This document shows positions 28,693 through 42,034 of a DNA stretch of 64,000 nucleotides, in pieces; within the stretch, counting starts at the first letter, position 1, and the number at the start of each line of letters is the position of its first letter. Position numbers and translations under genes: made by a program. Below the pieces are notes generated by a model. That model made no database searches. It had not been told where the DNA came from and worked only from the letters and a program-made list of their open reading frames with translations. This DNA comes from Trichoplax sp. H2 (lineage: Eukaryota): contig NOWV01000002.1 in the NCBI GenBank assembly GCA_003344405.1, forward strand, positions 310,001-374,000, given 5' to 3'.

Positions 28693-29926
28693 CTTAGATT
28701 AATTATTTTGTATTTCACAAGTATAACATGATAACCCTCAAGATATTTTGCTGGCCGAAGATTATCCTAATATTATTAACGATTCAATCAACAGTAACTC
28801 TATAGGTGTACCCGTGTTCCTAGAAATATATGCAAACCAAGACTTGTAATTCATATACATCATAGGGTGCAGTACAACATTATTATTCCAACTGTACAGT
28901 TTTAGCTTCTTTAGATATGAGCCGTACTGATGATACTGTAAATTATTATCCTGCGATACTACATTACACATTACATAGTATAATTTATCTACTAAAGCTA
29001 TACTGTATGTGTAAATAAAAGCTTTTTATCTAGGAACTAGCTTTATGCAGTACTGCGTCAAACCTATTGTAATCCCACATGCATTGAATTCATACAGTTT
29101 ACATTTTACATTACATTCAATGCTGACATTGTCTCACGTACTTGTAGTAATTTCACTAATTTTGGCATCAATACATTTTACAATACAGTACTACTACAGC
29201 ATATCTACGCTGTTAATAAAGCCTTGTCATATAGTATCGTGAAAAGCTTTCTTAGGAAAGTGCCAATCAGTTTGATCATTAAAATCACATTCTCATTCAA
29301 TTTACATATTTATTGAAAATCTTATTACAATTATTCGTCCATGGCTCTTTGTGCAATGCCAATAATATTACTGAATTATGTGTCAAATTACTCCGCAACT
29401 CTTTAGCAATGTCAAAGCAATGCAATTTGTTTAATTCTTACTAAGACTTAGTAGGTTCTAGCTGTAAACACATGACAGATAATAAAAGTTCAATACAGAT
29501 TTTTCTAAGTTAGTTCTACAAGCGATTCTTTGCCGGTACTAGAATAAAGCTAAATAATTCAAGTAAACACTTCGTGTCGAAAATTTACCACAAAGTATAC
29601 TTTAAAAAGATACTTTAGAAACAAACTAATAATTGTAGTCACTGCCAATCTACGCGGTGGTGCATGTACATACAGTAGAAATAAATGTTTTTATGTTTTA
29701 AAATGTAATTAATTACTAGCAACATAATCTAATAAAAGATTCTATCGTATTTATAATGATCGTAGTAAATTCGCAACAAAGGAATAAACAAACTTTAGCA
29801 TTCATTAATTCATAAGCGTCACGCTATGGTACTTATACGTTGAAAAACATTGTTAGCAGTAATCGTAGAGATTCTTTATCGATTACAAAGAACAGGATAT
29901 TTGGATAAAAATATCAATTTCTAAGT

Positions 29927-32900
29927 TTAGTTACATTCAGCTGGAAAATTATTTATTTCACCCTGATCTTGTATAGTATTACCATTCATATTGAAAGACA
30001 ACTTAATCCTCATCCGGATGTTTTGCTAAAAAAATATGGTGATACTTAGAAAGTTGCATTTAAAGAATTAAGATCATTTGAAACGCACTTGTCTATAGTT
30101 TATACCTTATTTGGATTCGAGACTTTTAAGACTTGTGTTATCGAACCAGAATTGTTAGGCGGAACTACAGCTCCAGAAGGAGCAAGAATTTGTAACTGAA
30201 AAGACTTCAATAGTATAACAGCATATATCAATTTACAATCATTATTTTAACACAATCGTGTATAGCTAGAACAATATAGCAAATAAACCTACTCTAGGGA
30301 CAGCAGCTTGAAATACAAAGTCAGTAAAAGGAAAAGCTGTAGAGTTTGTAGCATTAAGTGTCATCTGTACAGTATTGTCAGGGTTAATGGTGGCCTTTTC
30401 AAAGTTAAAGTCTATTCTAAGACCATTTTTATCGTAAATATTCAAAGGTGGAATTTCTTTAATTGTAAGATATAAAAAAGAGCGACATCGACACATTAGC
30501 GAAAATTATCTTATTTATTATCAGATGTATGTGACAATAGCTATATATATACTGTATATGCATTATTAGTCAGTAAACACTAATTATTTGTACCTGGCGG
30601 CATAGCAGCAACAGGCTGGACCACTGAATCTTCATTGCTACTGCTACCTAATAGATCTAATAGTGCATTTCCTCCTACTAATGTTGAACACATTGAAAGT
30701 TAATGCATAGAATATAGTCGAACTGCAAGGCTATTATGGAATGGCAAGTAAAAGTATTTAAAGAAATTAATTTCATACTAGATGGGATATTATTTCCGCT
30801 CAGGATATCAGAATTAGCAGCACTATTATTTTGAGGTTGAGTTGGTTGCATCGATGGTATATCATCTCCAAGAAGATCAAGCAAGTCATTCGCCTAAAGT
30901 AGTTCATTTAGTGAACAATTATAATAGATTACAAGATGGTCCAATTATAACTAATGCAATCCGAATTTTCAATGTTTATTTAATGAGTTAATTCCAATTA
31001 CCTGTCCTCCAGTCGATGCAGCTGCAATCGGAATTGTATCTAGAATAATTCAATTTAATAATATTAATATCACATTATATTTGGCATTAATAAGTAAGTT
31101 TATCATTATGTTGCCGCTAATGAAAATAAAATGCTTTTAAATTACCACTAGTAGTTGCATCAGCCGATACAGGTGCTTCTGTTCCATCATTTTTTCCAAT
31201 ACGGGGCATTCTTTCCAGTAGGCCAGGTCTGAATGTATAACCCATATGTTAAACACAATAAATAAATAGCTTAGTCATTTTATTCAACAAACATGATCCA
31301 CAAATATCATAAATTGTACTTGTGCTCAGTCTATTATATCACATTAAAGGTATTGCATACCGAAGAGTATCATAACTTTTAAAGAGCGCACTATACTCAA
31401 CGGAACGTTGCTGCAACTCTAGATCCAGGCTATTAGTATATCGAGCAACTACTTCCTTGATACGGCTACAATAGAAAAGTAATTCAATAAATGCTGGAGC
31501 TATGGCGCACAATATCAAACTGTAAAAGAGAAAAGGTATCTACTATTTACCCTGCCGCTTTTGGAAAACGGGTACTCAATTTCATTAGGGCATTTAACGT
31601 GAAAGCCCGTGTTATAAATGACGTAACGGTATCGTTTAAGACGCTTTGTAGTAGATCCAAAACCCCATCTTCGTCAATCTGAAGCATAACAGCAAACTTC
31701 TATTGTTACTAACAGAACTTATGCAGTCAATCATCAATAACATCAATTTTCTATAACCTTGTGCGAGCCTTCTTCAACTGTTCCAGATATGAGTAAATCT
31801 CCATATTCTCCTAAGCACCAAATTGCTACCTGAGCAAGAGGTTGCTAAAATTGGCAGTAATGATATTATCGTAATATGTTTCAATCAAGTACGCATACGC
31901 TACACTTAAGGTCATATGAAATTGCAATCAAAAGTATTGAAGCATTATTTCAGACAGGCTCTTACCTTTGAGATATCTGCATACATTGCAAAGTATAGCT
32001 GTTGTGTTATGTAAGCGTGTAAATCACGCGATTCACTAACGGCATGGATAGAACTTGCTACAACTTCGTCATTGACGTAACTACCGCCCTATGTTGACAT
32101 GGATTCGGAAAATATCGTATTACATGCCGCTAGCATTCTATTATCATATTTTGTTTTACAGTACTTACAGCCTTTAACATTTGTAATATAGTATCTAATT
32201 GCCATTTCTTGTCAGGCGCATATCTATAGTTTGGGTAATAAAAATTAATTATTACAGCCTAATAATAGATAACCTTACTTTTTTCTCTGATATCGACAGC
32301 TTACTTGATAGCTGCTTGAAATATCCTGAGTGTTGCGAATGGCTTAAATTCGGAATCGGCTCTATTAAGGAAGTCTAATAATTCCTTTATCATAGTTTTT
32401 ACGTTAGATTCGTTGATTAAAGCAAACGACAGCTCCATTGCTCGCCTATGAAAACATTCGTTACGATAATTAATCCATTAGTACATATCTTAGTAAGAAT
32501 TGTTGATGCCAATAACTAACTTTCTAATGGAGATATCGTGATCTTTTAAGCAGTCAATTATAGTATTACGATGACGTTGCACGGCCGTATGGTCAATGCT
32601 AATCGTCTTTTGTAACGTTTTCAAAGCCACGTATCTAAACAGAGGTAAAAATATTTCAAAAACAAAGATTCCACACTAGCTTTTGAAGCAGTACTAAAAG
32701 CAATTATATATTGATTACCTGATATTCTTATCACTATTTAATAAGAATCTTCCCATGATGTTTACAGCAAGCACCTGTATAAGATTCATTAATTATTTAA
32801 CTGATGTAAAATTGTTAACCTATGTACATAGACGTAAATTATACTTACACGTAATCCACTTTCTGCTTTAATATCCATGATACACTGAACAGTTTGATAT

Positions 32901-34599
32901 AAAACAGCATTACCAGCATTATGACTACTCTCAGTGTTTGTGGCAACCTGGTGTATGATATCATTAAGGTATTTATTGAGAAACAAGAATTAATACAATC
33001 TTTATATTATACGAGTATATAAATTAAGATAAGAAATAATAAGATGAACGTCATTACTTGAGCCAGAATATCATTCATAGCCTCACTGCACTCTTGATCT
33101 TCTTTACCGAGAATTCTTAGTAGGTTTAGGATACGAATCTGAGTTGCAAGTAAGCAATATCTAGATATTATTTATCTGGAATATACCGTGCGTATGAGTG
33201 CTATAACCTAATTTAGGAGTATCATTAACCTGTAAGAAAGGATCACTAATGCCAGAAACATCATGATCTGGAGCATAGCCGGCCATAATCAAATTCTTCA
33301 GTAAGCGTATCAACTGAGGTGTCCACTAGGCATAACAAAATAAAAAAGTACACATTATTTAAGCAAGACTTTATCAATATGGCACTTTTAATGAAACTAA
33401 CCCTTCTGAAATGTGGCATAGTATCTGGCTTGACAGTACATATTTCCGTGATCAAAGCTACTGCAGTTAGTAGAACACCTGCAGGCATAATCATAAAAAC
33501 AATTAACACATCAATCGTTTCATAAAAACTTTAATAACTTCAATTTCCTAACCATGATTTTTTTCATTAAGCAATGAACGGGTGACAGGGATAAATATTT
33601 CAGATAATTCAGGAACCTTACGAACCATTCGTGTGGCACATAGAGCAGCCTATTTCATCACATACAAGATGTTTATTTATAATTTATTGAAAGGTGTAGA
33701 ATATTTCTATCTTTCTGAAAGAGCGTAATGTTTCAAAAGTAGGTTTGACCTTTTTCTTAATGTAAGCATTTGCTGACTTTAACAGTTTTTCCACTTCATT
33801 CGCGAGATCTCTACTCATCTCTGGAGAGCAAATGCTACAATAAAATGAAAATAAATCTCCCTCAGAGCTACGCAAAAGTAGTATAATTTATAGGCTAAGG
33901 TATAAATAGATTGTCCAGAGTAAATTACCTTCCTAATGTACATAAAGCAAGCCCGACAATGAACTGTGTTGAGTTATTCATATCACTGAAATGGAGTAGT
34001 AATAAGTTAGATAAGTGAAGCCAAGACATCATATTTCATTCCATAAACGTTCTAGTTAATTCTTGTATTTTATGCTACCGGAAGTTAATTGCATACTTTT
34101 TTAAGGAATTGGTGATAAGAATGTGGACATCTTGACGTTCGTCTAACAGAAGCATAGCGCCAAGATAACCGATTCGTTTATCCATAAAACGATTTGATGC
34201 AATCAACTTAAGGCACTCCAACTGTAGAGAAAAGGGCATTGATTACTAAGATTATTACTAGCCATTATAAAGACAATAAAATACAAATTGTTAATTTCAT
34301 GTAATTTATATCTATGGATAATAGAACAGTACCATTGCAAAACAGTTTATAGATAGTAGTCCTACAAATTAGTAGCTAAAAATCTAGATATGATATACCT
34401 GCCCGAAATGCGCTGGATAACCAAGCATATGGATATATAATAACTTAGCAACATTTCTGCATCTGAATTCGTTGTCTTCTTCTTTAAATGTGGTACGAAT
34501 AAGTGCACATTCCTTGTTGACAGCAGTACGCTCTTCCGCTGCGGTCTTGCAAGACCTTATTAGTCGTATTAATTCTTTCAAACGCATAGGAATCGGCAT
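29927..34599 (-). CDS. AP1G1: AP-1 complex subunit gamma (gamma-adaptin), multi-exon
   Basis: [73 protein letters not shown], hinge LLDLL motifs, and GAE ear ([39 protein letters not shown]). Confidence 0.97.
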
Positions 34600-37500
34600 A
34601 GTGCTCAAATTTCACCTAGTTATAGGGCTGAAATTAAGGGGAGGGTTAGTCATAATTTTATAAAATTGATGTACTCAAAAACATGTAAGCATGATTTTTA
34701 AAAACACTCTTTTGCTATTAGCAACATTATGCATGTCGATGTAAAATAGATAAAGTCTATAAGAAGAGTGGATATCATAAATTACTAAAAACACAGTTTA
34801 CGTATATTACTGTAGTTTATAATCATATTAAATATCAAGCATTACTAATTTATCACAAATTAGCTAATTGCCAAACTAATGAATATATTTAAATCATATT
34901 GACAGAGCATCTGACTACATAGCATTTAATTATTTGAAGTTAAAGTTGAAATGTAATCTATTTTGTGTACCAATAGTTGGCTAAATATATCAATATAAAT
35001 TCTAGCGGCACAGTGCAAAGTAACTCTATGGTATGGCTTCGAATAATGTCGAGGCACAGACAATATTTTAGATGATTCCTTTTCAAAGAATGTCGATATT
35101 ACTTTTAGTAATGAATCGCTACAGGATTATAAAGAAATGAAGCTCACTAAAGCACAGATTATGTAGCACAAATAAACTTTTATCTTTGTTGCAAGTAAAC
35201 CGCAACTATGACAAATCTTAAATAGTTTATATACTGTAATACTAATAGTTAAGTTATACAGTACATTAATATCATGCTGACAATATGTTCACATATATTC
35301 TTTTACACGCTGCTGTATACAGTTGTGTCAGCGTTGAAGCCTTTGCTCTAATAGCGAGCAGTGTTATAAGTCTCAATAATAGCAACTCTTTTAAAACTGC
35401 TTCATGAGCCAGGCTGATTTTACAGCTTCCGATTCTCCTTAAATTTCTCCAAATCTTCCACATCATGTAATCACAGTTTGCTACGCAATTACCATAATGA
35501 TAAGTAATATTGATTCTAATTTTCGATTGATTGTGTAATTATACGTCAATATTATCGATGGCCATGGTAATTTTGAGTGCAAACTACATGTACCGTGGAC
35601 AGCAGTCTAGGCGGTATAGTTTATTATTGCTGGTTCTTACGAAGAATTTGAATTAATAACAAAATGCCTAGCCATCCACGTTGTAATGGTAACAAATTCA
35701 ATTAGGATGATACGTAAGTCAAGGCGTTATCACAATGTTTTAACGTACTGAAAAAAATTCTTAAAGTTCCGTATGATCCAAGAATGGCATTACATTATCA
35801 CTATGACTACATATCGGTCTTCTTATATTGTAGAATGCTCGTTAAGATCTATGTTGCACTACCTAAGGGATTACTGTAACTTGTTGTGTTCATATACCAA
35901 GAGTTGATTAATCCACATTGTGGTGTGGCATAATCTCGGTATTCTCAATGCGGTTTATCAACAAGTACACCATTGATAGAATTATTAGTAAAATCCATTG
36001 CTTTTTCATCAAACGATCTCATTTTACTATGGAAAACTCAATATGAGCATATCTGCAAAAAAGGTAGCGACAGTATAAGAAAACTGACAATGTTCTCGAT
36101 CCATCGCTACACGGAGATTAGGGTCCCGCTGTTCTTTCTCCTGAAACGCCAACACCGTGATGATATACAGTAGTAGTAGTATCGAAGTTTGTATTATTCA
36201 AATCTAAGATTTATTCTTTGTATGACTTTGACTTGATTATCATCGTTTAGTGTTGTCTTATCCTACAACAATTATTCTATATTGAACTACAGTAAGTGTC
36301 TATGCAGTTTCTATTTTTGAAACTCAGTAACAGTAGCGTCATGATAGAAGACTATCATCAGCCTATAGTGTCAAGTATAAAAAGTTATCAATGTAAAGAA
36401 AGCTAAAGCATCCATTAATGGTCATTCATTAAACTTATTCCTCAGTAGTTTCTAGCTAGACAGTACATCAATTACGGCCAAGGGTAGGTAGGGGTGCAAA
36501 GAGTTTCGCCAGAAAATACAGAACAGAATCAGCAGATTGTGCTGTACAGTAGTATGACTATCAACTTTAGACAGTCCAGTAGGAGCGTTATCTTTTTCTC
36601 TATTTTAGAGTAGACTACAACTGGTCAGAGCGACTATAGATAGATAGATTGGCATTTCATCAGCGCTCTCATTACCTTACAAAGCTTTGCACTATTCAAA
36701 ACATTAGTAATCTTGGCTTAAAACAAGACACTACTGGATTTGACTTTGACGACAGGATGCTCAAATACAGGTCAAATCAAGGCGGTTTTTATCATCCTTT
36801 CTATACGAACAACATGTCTATTCTACAAGATGAAATACAACTTACCACTGTAGTAATAATAACAGAAGGAATAAATGACTTGGATAGAGTGATTGCTATC
36901 ACACAGTTGAAGTTTATAAGTTCAGAAAATAGTGAAAATAATGAGTTGAAATTTCCACTTGCGAACTCAGATGGTGGCCATCTTCTCAGAGGAAAAAATC
37001 ACGCATGCGCCCAATACCTGTACAGCCCATGGGCGCTCCGATAGTTGATACTGTGTTAGTATGGTACACGGAAATTATGAGAGGTTGAGCTGTCAAGTGT
37101 TTTGCACAGCACTCTATACTCTACAGTGAATACTACGCTCTATGCATACTGTACTATAGCAAAGGATACTTGGAGTATAGTAGTACAGGATACTTCTGGA
37201 CAAAAATTGATGACACCCGTAATATGTACTCAACGATAGATAGGAAATTTATAGTACCAGAGATGACTGTACTGAAGAAGACCTTGAAGTAGCCCACCAA
37301 TACATGACTAAATTTTACCTTTCACTTTAATCCATGAATGCAGTCATGGCTGTTCAGTGAAAAGTATAGAGAGAGAAAATCACTAGCAAAAGTGATGTCA
37401 CGTAGCTAGAGTGCTGTCGCGGCGCATCCATAGAGATATTTTTTGCATACATTTTTTTCATACATCTACTACTTGTAGGAATGGGCGCATCAAACAGTCA

Positions 37501-37660
37501 ATATTTGGAGGACCGACGGTGAACATGTGCTGGGTCATTCAGCACTTGTTACACTCTAAACTCACTCACATAGGCGTGAGTCACAACCCTGGGCAATTTG
37601 TAATGCTATACTGTGATATACAGTACAGTAGTAATACAGTACAGTATGGTACGGCTACTA

Positions 37661-38586
37661 CCAGGGGCTACTCGATCGAAATGATACTTCGTGCATAATA
37701 GATTGTCATCCCTGCCCTGGAAAAGAGAATGTGATAGACTCGTACTTTGGAGGGGCTGGGTGACAATTCTTATGCACAAGACTACACTTTTAATTGAGCA
37801 GCCCACACCGGGTGGTGTAACTTCCATACTGTACAGTGTACAGTCAGTACGTATACGTATAGCATACAGTACAGTATGCTCCGACGAAGCAGCCCCATTT
37901 GTAATACCAGGGGCTACTCCATCGAAATGATACTTCGTGCATAATAGATTGTCATCCCTACCCTCGGAAAAGAGAATGTGACAGGCTCGTACTTTGGAGG
38001 GCTGGGTGACAATTCTTGTGCACGAGGCTACAATTTTAATCGAGCAGTCCCACACCTGGTGGTGTAACTTCCATACTGTACAGTATACTACCGTCAGTAC
38101 GTATAGCATACTGTACAGTATGCTCCGACGAAGCAGCCCCATTTTGTAATACCAGGGGCTACTCCATCGAAATGATACTTCGTGCATAATAGATTGTCAT
38201 CCCTACCCTCGGAAAAGAGAAAACGATAGGCTTGTACTTTAGGGGGCTGGGTGACAATTCTTGTGCACGAGGCTACAATTTTAATCGAGTAGTCCCACAC
38301 CTGGTGTTGTAACTTCCATACTGTACACTGTACAGTACAGTACGTATAGCATACAGTATACTCCAACGAAGCAGCCCCATTTTGTAATACCAGGGGCTAC
38401 TCCATCGAAAAGATACTTCGTGCATAATAGATTGTCATCCCTGCCATGGAAAAAGAGAATGTGATAGGCTCGTACTTTGGAGGGGCTAGGTGATAATTCT
38501 TATGCACAAGGCTACACTTTTAATTGAGCAGCCCACACCTGGTGGTGTAGCTTCCATACTGTACAGTATGCTCCGACGAAGCAGCC
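37661..38586. repeat. Tandem array of ~4 units of ~238-246 bp, relatively GC-rich and internally self-complementary
   Basis: CCAGGGGCTACTC(C/G)ATCGAAA recurs at 37661, 37907, 38152 and 38390; the units align along their length. Confidence 0.95.
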
Positions 38587-38615
38587 TCATGCCCCGTACA
38601 GTACGTACACTCATC

Positions 38616-38734
38616 GATGACGTAGCATTACGTCATCAGAGACGACAGATCACGAACCAGCGACAAGGCAGAAATGAATTAACTCCATGCAATCGGCGAC
38701 TGTAAAAGCGGCAGCAAGGCCAAAACGCCATTTT
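38616..38734. promoter_or_regulatory. Probable CCDC90B promoter: inverted pair of CRE/ATF-like sites and a YY1-like motif
   Basis: GATGACGTA-gcat-TACGTCATC perfect 9-bp inverted repeat (38616-38637) and CGCCATTTT (38726-38734), about 100-220 bp upstream of the ATG. Confidence 0.5.
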
Positions 38735-38839
38735 AAAGCTATTTTCTCAGCTATATCTTGTCAATAAATTATTCATTAGCTATACTGCATAGGCACTGGT
38801 TAATTTTTCTACCTCAACGTATTGATCGATCAAGTTATC

Positions 38840-41640
38840 ATGATGGTAAAAGCGAAAATATGCAGGATATTATTGCGTCGTTTTCATACACGAGCGATGT
38901 ACCTTCAACATGGTAAATTGATGATATTGCCTAGCATTAATGCTGTATTCTATAAATTCAATACAATTTGAAAATGATATTCTTAATCCAACAAGTGATT
39001 GATAAACTATTCTCTATGGATAACTTTGGGGTTCGCCCATCACTTTTATACTGTATAGTAACAATCTAAACGAAGTAATACTGATAGACTATCTGCATAA
39101 TATAGCAGAGCTGTAAAATGATGGTCATATTGTACATTAAGAGTCTATACAGTAGTACCACATTACTTGGATGTGTGTTAATCCAACAAATTATTAATAA
39201 ACTATTCTCTATGGATGACTTTGGGGTTCGTCCATCACTTTCACACTATATATTAACAATCTAAATGAAGTAATACTGATGGACTATCCGCACGATACAG
39301 TAGAGCTGTACAGTAAATGATTGTCGTAATGCCTATCGGAGTCTATAAAGTATACGTATAGCAGTGGCACAGTACTTGGATGTGTGTCCATTTGAGTCTA
39401 GACTTATTCACTAAGTGTTAATTGTATCGCCTCTAATTAGCTGTCACATCCAGCAATGTAAGTCCGATGGAAGCTACTACAAGCATCAGCACGTCCGCCG
39501 CCTTTGATACCCTTCAATTTGTAAAGACATTGACCAATCGAGGTAATATCAGAATGACATGGTGAATAGTAAGTGTAAACTCATGAAATCGTTCTTCTGT
39601 CAATACAAGTACGGCAAGCAGTAAAAATATCCATAATTTAATGCTATTCTAAAGAGAAGCCAATATCTACCATGCTATATTCTTCACTAAAATAGTCTAT
39701 AGCCAATCACTGTAGCTAATACGACTTTATTTGATTTAATGGTCATGATTGATCTTAGTCATACTACTCAAGTAAACACTCTAGACGAGTATTACTACTT
39801 TGCGACTTATGACAATCGGTTATGTTAGGATTTCAGACACAACAAGCTGAAGTACTATCGCAAACGTTAAATCAAGTACTGGCTAATTTACAGTTATCTT
39901 TTATGGAAAAAATGGTTACCAAAGATCAACAGGTAAAAAGATTGCCAAAAAATTAGCCTTAAAAGTAATTTAACCATACATAATAATATAATTTATTTTC
40001 ATGATAATACACAAATTGATAGACCTCTGTAAATAATTATTCTAATTTCAATTTAATCGTATTATAGGACAAATTAATCTTAAAATTAAATTCGGATATT
40101 ACTTCTTTAAGGTAAGTAAATAATCCATTAGGTGGTAATATTAGTAGTCTAAAGTGACTCTAATTTCGATGCGACAAAGATAACGAGGCTACTATACGAT
40201 ATTGAACTAAACTGTAATATACTGCATAAGTCTTTATTGCTAACCTATAAGTAATGTCATTATATTTTAATTATGATAACTCTATATTGCAGCATTTATT
40301 GCATTGAATATAATCAAATTTAATTTTGACTTGATTAAAGTAATTTCAATTATGCGCTATAATAAAGGGGAAAAATACGGTATTAATTTTAGTATACGTG
40401 TATTTAATCTTGCATATCTGTGTCAGACCAGCTCAATGCAGATATCCTTTTGAAGCTTTCATATGAAAAGGCATTAGCGAGGCAACTTTAAAGTAAATGT
40501 AATGAAACTTTTTCATTATAGGAAAGACATGTTTATACTAGAGAAAAGTGAATTTGACGCGCTAAAGAATGAGAATGAGGTAGGCAAGCAGATTCAAGCC
40601 ATGAGTTACAGTATCGTATCATTTTTATCATATCTTTTCTATATACCACTGTAGAAGATACTGTTTCTAATTTTCTGTATCCATTAATTATACAATCTAT
40701 TTACATAGAAGTTAAAACATGAAGTGGAATCCATTAGAAAACTGCTTAAGGTCTAACTATACTGCTTATAAATTTTACCATTTTAGTTATCCGCAATAGC
40801 AATAAATGAATATATAAGAGTCGCATTGTTAACGAATGAAATACTTCACCGTTCTACTCAACATTTATTTCTAATATCACGCCTTCCATTCTCATGTTTC
40901 TCTTCAAAACTGCTATACTATTTTCATAGGATGAATTATCAAAAGCCAATGCTAATTTTTCATTAGATGTCAGCATGGAAAGAAGTAGACAAAAGGAAGT
41001 TGTATGTATACGTTTTTACTCCCTACAGCGGAGATCATTTAAATTTAAATTTTAATCATATCTTACTTTACGAGTATTTCTAAATTATCGTTTACATTAT
41101 TAGTGACGCTACGAAAGAATGTATCGTATATTCAATTTGATGTAATCGTTAATTCTGATAAGTATCTATTATTAGGCTGCTGATCAAGAACAAAAAATTA
41201 GAAATGTCAATACTAAAATCGAAACTGAGGTTATTAAAAACGTATTTCAAACATTAAAATTCTACATTCTCTCATGTTGCCTTGTAGAATTTATTGCTTA
41301 TGCCTATTTGTATGATTGTTACAATATATTTTTATTGTTCAGATCGCTAGTCTAAAAACTAGCCTAGAAAGCCACAAGTTAGATGTTATGAAGTATCTTG
41401 CAGGTACTGTTTTATTACAACATCTATGAGTTTTTAACGAAAATAGGATGTGTGCGCACTATGCAGCTTGTATAGCATTCATTGTACTGTGAAGGTCTAA
41501 GTAATAATTAATAAAGAGTTTATATACCTTAGAATTGCGATTTATCATTGTAATTAAGGAGTTTGCTGCTCTCATCTATTTTAGGTTCCTTTGTATCGTT
41601 TTTAACGATAGGATTGGCTGTCTGGAGACTGATAAAATGA
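38840..41640 (+). CDS. CCDC90B: CCDC90B/MCUR1 family (DUF1640) mitochondrial coiled-coil protein, 10 short exons
   Basis: Presequence-like MMVKAKICRILLRRFHTR (38840-38912), FDTLQFVKTLTNRGFQTQQAE, RKDMFILEKSEFDALKNENEKLK, IRNVNTKIETEIASLKTSLESHKLDVMKYLAG, and C-terminal TM SFVSFLTIGLAVWRLIK*. All joins are in phase. Confidence 0.92.
38983..39386. repeat. Diverged head-to-tail duplication (~195-209 bp) in CCDC90B intron 1
   Basis: TTAATCCAACAA..AAACTATTCTCTATGGAT.ACTTTGGGGTTCG.CCATCAC..TACTTGGATGTGTG at 38983 and 39178. Confidence 0.9.
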
Positions 41641-42034
41641 TTCCTACTATTCATCTGCTGTACATGACAAGTGCGATGTTTTTATTATAGTTTGATAAGT
41701 TCCTGAATGTGCACCGATGCATACCTTTGTATAACTTAAAGAGTCTGGCTATTCAGTATTTATTTTGTAAATTATGAAATTTGAATGATAAATTTTGGAT
41801 TGTGTAGTAACAATAGGAATAGCCGTGTATTTTGATGCTTGCGCTGTACCTGGGGCCTATACATAATACAATATTGTGTGAAGATATGTATAGCATTTAT
41901 GTATATTATTGAATTTATGTATCAAATGATGATCCATTATAATCACATAAGAAATTTGATAGCGGATTGAACGTATCTTAGGCTCATTAGTATTATCGAA
42001 GTCGTTATCATTTTTAATGCTGCCTATTATCATC

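Noticed and set aside
36649..37044. 131-aa plus-strand ORF with a VVIITEGINDL (SGNH-like) patch
   Set aside because: TTG start, no other family motifs and no supporting exons; too weak to call.
37411..38705. ORFs overlapping the 245-bp array; also considered as a CRISPR array or hammerhead retrozyme
   Set aside because: The ORFs change frame between units; there are no unique spacers or cas genes; no CUGANGA...GAAA core is conserved in the units (only CCGACGA).
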